Part shown: in pieces, positions 60,329-64,000 of the stretch
Layout: the number at the start of each line of letters is the position of its first letter
Position numbering within the stretch: the first letter of the stretch is position 1
NCBI GenBank assembly: GCA_965217775.1
Contig: CBDCJH010000002.1
Coordinates: forward strand, 384,001 to 448,000
Direction: 5' to 3'
Length of the DNA: 64,000 nt
Source: Acidobacteriota bacterium
Lineage (GTDB): Bacteria; Acidobacteriota; UBA6911; RPQK01; JAJDTT01
Position numbers and translations under genes: made by a program
The notes under the pieces: model-generated
Database searches by the model: none
What the model was told of the DNA's origin: nothing
What the model saw: the letters and a program-made list of their open reading frames with translations, nothing else

Positions 60329-61418
60329 CGCCGGTCGGATCGGAACCGGTATCCATTCGTATTCGAATCAGTCGGGAATGACCGGCAGGACCACATGAGA
60401 CGGGTAGCGGTCATCGTGATAGATGGTCTGGGTCGCGACCTTCATCTCCGCACTCTTGCCCAATGGATTGCCGGTGTTCAAATTCCTGGCGAAACGTGGG
60501 AAGTTGCTGCTGGAAACCTCCAGCCGGATGCGGCTTCCCGGCTGAAACTCCCAACTCGTCTCCCAGATCTCGATTGGAATCTCGTAGACCCTTCCGGGTT
60601 CGATCAAGGTCGGATTTTCCAACGATTCCCGGAAGCTGGCCCGGCGGATCCCCTCACTGATGTGAATTGCCGTTCCATCCGCCAACACCTCGGTCAAGAC
60701 GGCAGTGAAATCGGTGTCGACCGCGCTGGAAGCGGCATAGAGCTTCAACTCGATGGGGCCCGTGACCTCCAGCTTTTGGGTCAAGGGCTCACTGGTATAG
60801 ATCAGGACGTCGTCCCGCTTCTGGACGGGCCGGCGGTCCTGAGGCCCTCTCTGGTCGGGAGGAAACTCGGTCTGTCCTCCCACGGTGGGGACGGGGTTGG
60901 CGGGATCGTATTGGAAGCTGTCTTGAGGAGCACCGTCAGGCGGGGGTGACGTTCCCAGGGTGCCGTCGCCAGGGACGGAGTTGGCGGCTCCGCCGCTATT
61001 CAGGTAGTACTTGGTCCACCGGGTGCGGGCCAGGGGCCATTCGTGCTCGTCACGCCACTTGTTGGCGCGCATCACGAACAGCCGGATGGGGGCCTCCTGG
61101 TCGATGCCGTTGGGGATGCCCTTGAGCCAATAGTCATACCATCGGACGTGCAACTCCTCGACGTCGAGAAGGGAGGATTCCCCAAAGTCGATCACCCAGT
61201 TGTCGTAGGTCTGATTGTAGGAATGGGACCAGGGTCCGACCAGGATCTTGGTCTGCTTCCGGGCCAACTCGGATCCCCCTTCCTCTCGAAAGCCGATGAA
61301 CTGCCGCCAGATCTCATGTTCCAGGTTGTCGTACCAACCGGTCAGGAAGTAGGCGGGGACCTGGATCTGGTCGTACTTTCCCTTGGGGATTATATACGAA
61401 AGTGCCGAAACCTGAGCA

Positions 61419-61601
61419 TTAACGCCGGTTCCGTGGCCGGTCTATCCATCTGATATTCACGGGCTGGACCAATGCACGGGCCAGCTCCTCGAAGTCTGCT
61501 TCCACGCGCATATCCGGTTCCAGTTCGGCCTTGGTCGGTTGGTAGGAATCCTTGACCAGTTCGATGGTGGGATGTTGGGGATTGTGTCTGGGTTTCTTCA
61601 T
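61419..61601 (-). CDS. Small hypothetical passenger protein (60 aa)
   Basis: ATGA overlap with the upstream stop; ends 8 bp inside the TIR boundary. Confidence 0.5.
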   Translation of the reverse strand: MKKPRHNPQHPTIELVKDSYQPTKAELEPDMRVEADFEELARALVQPVNIRWIDRPRNRR

Positions 61602-62103
61602 GCGGCCCTCGGCATCCTAGGTTGTTTCCCCTCAAAGTAGTCTTCCGCCGTGTAGATTTGAATCTTGGGCAGGTCCATGAAGCGTCCGGCGTTGACGGCG
61701 GCATTTCTCATGCCGTTGGTCACTCGGTCTCGAAAGCAGGTGAAGATGCCGAGATCAGCTCCGGCCTGTCGACGTGCGCCGTTGAAGGCTTGGACGTGTC
61801 CGGGATTGGTAGAGCCGCCTTTGACCTGAGAAACGATGTCAATGAACCGGCCCTTGCGGATCGGGAGCCGTCCCACGCCGTCAATTCCGCCATCCCGTCT
61901 CTGGATTCGGTTCGGCTCCGTACCCTCCACCAGAGCAGCAGCCCACCTCTCAAACCGGAATTTATCGATGCTGGCAAGCTCCTGAGCGTGTGTGATGGTA
62001 TGGGGAAGGCCAATGTCTTGGGTGTGTTCCCAACGGATTCATCCGGGACATCCTCCCGCATGACTTCAAGGTGGTCTCCAAAGCTCAGTCGATTTTCGTT
62101 CAA
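61598..62103 (-). pseudogene. Internally deleted DNA methyltransferase/Mrr-like nuclease passenger
   Basis: MNENRLSFGDHLEVMREDVPDESV (MTase-like start) joined out of frame to ...DKFRFERWA...DGGIDG...SQVKGG (Mrr-like). Confidence 0.65.
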
Positions 62104-63050
62104 CCCACCAAATCCTTGTAACGCAGCCGCTTTCCCACCATCCGGTCAGCGACCAGGGCCATTTGATCCAACGTGTCCATGCGCCTTAGGTTGTGACGTG
62201 CGGCAAACTCTCCAACGTATCGGTCGGTGTGCTGTTCCGAGAAGTGGTGAAAGGTTCCGTGGTAACTCCGCTTCAACATCGACCAGAACGATTCGGCTCC
62301 GTTGGTGTGGCAGTTGCCTTTGACGTACTCCTGAAGAGAATGCTTGACCGTCTCGTGATTGACAAGCCGGCCGTAAGAGGTTGAATCGTCGGTGTAGATC
62401 TTGGCATCTTCTCCCACGTGCTCCAAGACGAAACGGGAGAGGGTTTCAGACTTGGTGTCAGGGACGACTCGGGCCGACACTTGGTTGGAGGGGCGATCTT
62501 TGACGGCAGCCACGGCCGTCTTTCCAACGGCTCCACGTCCCTCCAGTTTGGCGCGTTTGGCCTTCGGCATATTCTTCCGCTTTCCGCCGAGATACGCCTC
62601 GTCAGCCTCGACCGGGCCGGAGAACAGGGCCATTCCAGTCAGGTTCAGACCTTTCCGTATCCGGTGAGCAAGGTGCCAAGCCGTCTTCTGTGTTACGTCC
62701 AGGTCACGATGCAGCTTCATGGAGGAAACGCTCTTGAGGCTGGTAGTAAGGAGGTAGGTCGCAAGCAACCAAGTCTGATAGCCGAGTTTGGAGGACTGCA
62801 TAACCGTCCCGACCCGGACGCTGAACCGCTTGCCGCAATCGCGGCAACGATACGGCATGGAAGGATGCTTGGCTCCGGTCTGGACGTTGGTGGAGCCGCA
62901 ATGGACGCAACAGACTTCCTCCGGCCACCGCCGCTTTATGAACCATTCCTCAGCGGCTTTATCGTCGGGAAATCTCTTGAAGAATCCGCGCAGTGAAAGT
63001 CCCTCTCGGAACGCCTTTCCGGGTGCCTTGTTCCGTGTCTCGTAACTCAT
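62100..63050 (-). CDS. IS1595-family DDE transposase
   Basis: Zn ribbon CVHC...CRDC, VEADEAYLGG, IYTDD, HTNGAESFWS and YVGEF. Confidence 0.92.
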   Translation of the reverse strand: MSYETRNKAPGKAFREGLSLRGFFKRFPDDKAAEEWFIKRRWPEEVCCVHCGSTNVQTGAKHPSMPYRCRDCGKRFSVRVGTVMQSSKLGYQTWLLATYLLTTSLKSVSSMKLHRDLDVTQKTAWHLAHRIRKGLNLTGMALFSGPVEADEAYLGGKRKNMPKAKRAKLEGRGAVGKTAVAAVKDRPSNQVSARVVPDTKSETLSRFVLEHVGEDAKIYTDDSTSYGRLVNHETVKHSLQEYVKGNCHTNGAESFWSMLKRSYHGTFHHFSEQHTDRYVGEFAARHNLRRMDTLDQMALVADRMVGKRLRYKDLVG

Positions 63051-63075
63051 TGCAGCCTCCTGACTTACAAGACAT

Positions 63076-63104
63076 ATTCTATAGGAAAGTACCGGGATTG
63101 TCAA
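63076..63104 (-). promoter_or_regulatory. Sigma70 promoter for the IS1595 transposase
   Basis: TTGACA-17 bp-TAGAAT, followed by an AGGAGG RBS before the ATG at 63050. Confidence 0.7.
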
Positions 63105-64000
63105 CCCCTACGGGAAACCTTTTCGGCACTTTCGTATATAATCCCCTTTCCCTTGGTTCCGTAGGACTTCCAGTAGTCGTCGTAGGTGGGGTGATCCAAC
63201 AGCGTCTTGACCCAGGGACGGTCCACCATCTCATCCAGGGCGGTGTAAAGGGGGAGCCGCGAGAAGATCTCGTTCCAGTCCATCAGGGGATGGTCGAAAA
63301 TGCCGGGCCAGAAGGCCATGCCCCGGTTGACCCAGAGGAACTCGGCCACGAAGATCACGTTCAATTGGGGGATGCCGTCGTTGTAGAGGTGACCGAAGTT
63401 GGTCTCCTGATTGGCGCTCGGCATCAGGGCTTTCAGGTTGGGATGCTGGTAACGGGCCGGCATCACCTGTGTGAAGCCGTCGTAGGAATGCCCGAAGGTC
63501 CCGATCTTCCCGTTGCACCAGTCCTGCTCGGCCAGCCACTTCTGAGTGTCGAATCCGTCCTGCGGGTCATTGACGTAGGGGTGCCAGACCCCCTCGGAGT
63601 CGTGACGGCCGCGGAGATCCACCGTGACCGCGGCATAGCCCCTTTCGGCGAAATAGACCGCCCGGCTCACCACGTCGGGACGCATGTTGTTGTAGGCGGT
63701 CATCAACATCAAAGTGGGGAACGGGCCGGGTGCATCCGGCCGGTAGATGTCAGCCGAAAGATGGACTCCATCCCGCATCGGCACCTTGGCGTCGAGCGAA
63801 AAAACGACCTTGTGCCCGGGTTGGGAGAGTTCGGCCTGTCCACAGCCGAAGACCGTAAACAGTAGAGAGGAAAACACCATCGTCACTATACTGGATCGCA
63901 GGTTGGTCTTCGCCTCGAACATCAGGCCGTCCTCCTGGAAGTGGACCGGTTTTGCGTTGACTTCGTTCCGGGCGGCATGGAGCCGCCAAAGATGTTGCTC

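Larger units (their letters stand above)
61385..63146 (-). mobile_element. IS1595-family element with passenger genes
   Basis: Perfect 26-bp TIR GGGGATTATATACGAAAGTGCCGAAA (61385-61410 and 63121-63146). 8-bp TSD TTTCCCTT at 61377-61384 and 63147-63154. Confidence 0.93.
60368..63922 (-). pseudogene. CocE/NonD hydrolase interrupted by an IS1595 element
   Basis: Removing 61385-63146 and one TSD restores YWKSYGTKGKYDQIQVPAYFLTGWYD. GHSYDG nucleophile and lipobox VFGC are present. Confidence 0.9.

Overview
GC-rich bacterial DNA. The Acidobacteria-type TonB-dependent receptors, the CRTAC1 protein and the CocE paralogues suggest Acidobacteriota (inference). The left half holds a partial sulfatase maturase, a vapBC-type pair, an AddAB-like helicase/nuclease pair, and an uncharacterised cluster (HemN-like radical SAM, flavin halogenase-like enzyme, thioesterase, aryl-CoA ligase, GT4-ABC ATPase fusion, large permease, PQQ-repeat protein). 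After these come a TonB receptor whose 3' end is duplicated next to a REP-associated tyrosine transposase, housekeeping genes and two tRNAs. The right half is a catabolic/accessory region with decayed defence relics. The strongest novelty candidate is a 1244-bp element (34915-36158) that carries only a tnpB with intact RuvC motifs. It is bounded by IS1595-type terminal inverted repeats and an 8-bp target duplication instead of IS200/IS605 ends. Its TIRs nearly match those of a full IS1595 element at 61385-63146, and the predicted omega-RNA 3' hairpin is built from the TIR itself. All calls come from reading the sequence by eye; no searches were run.
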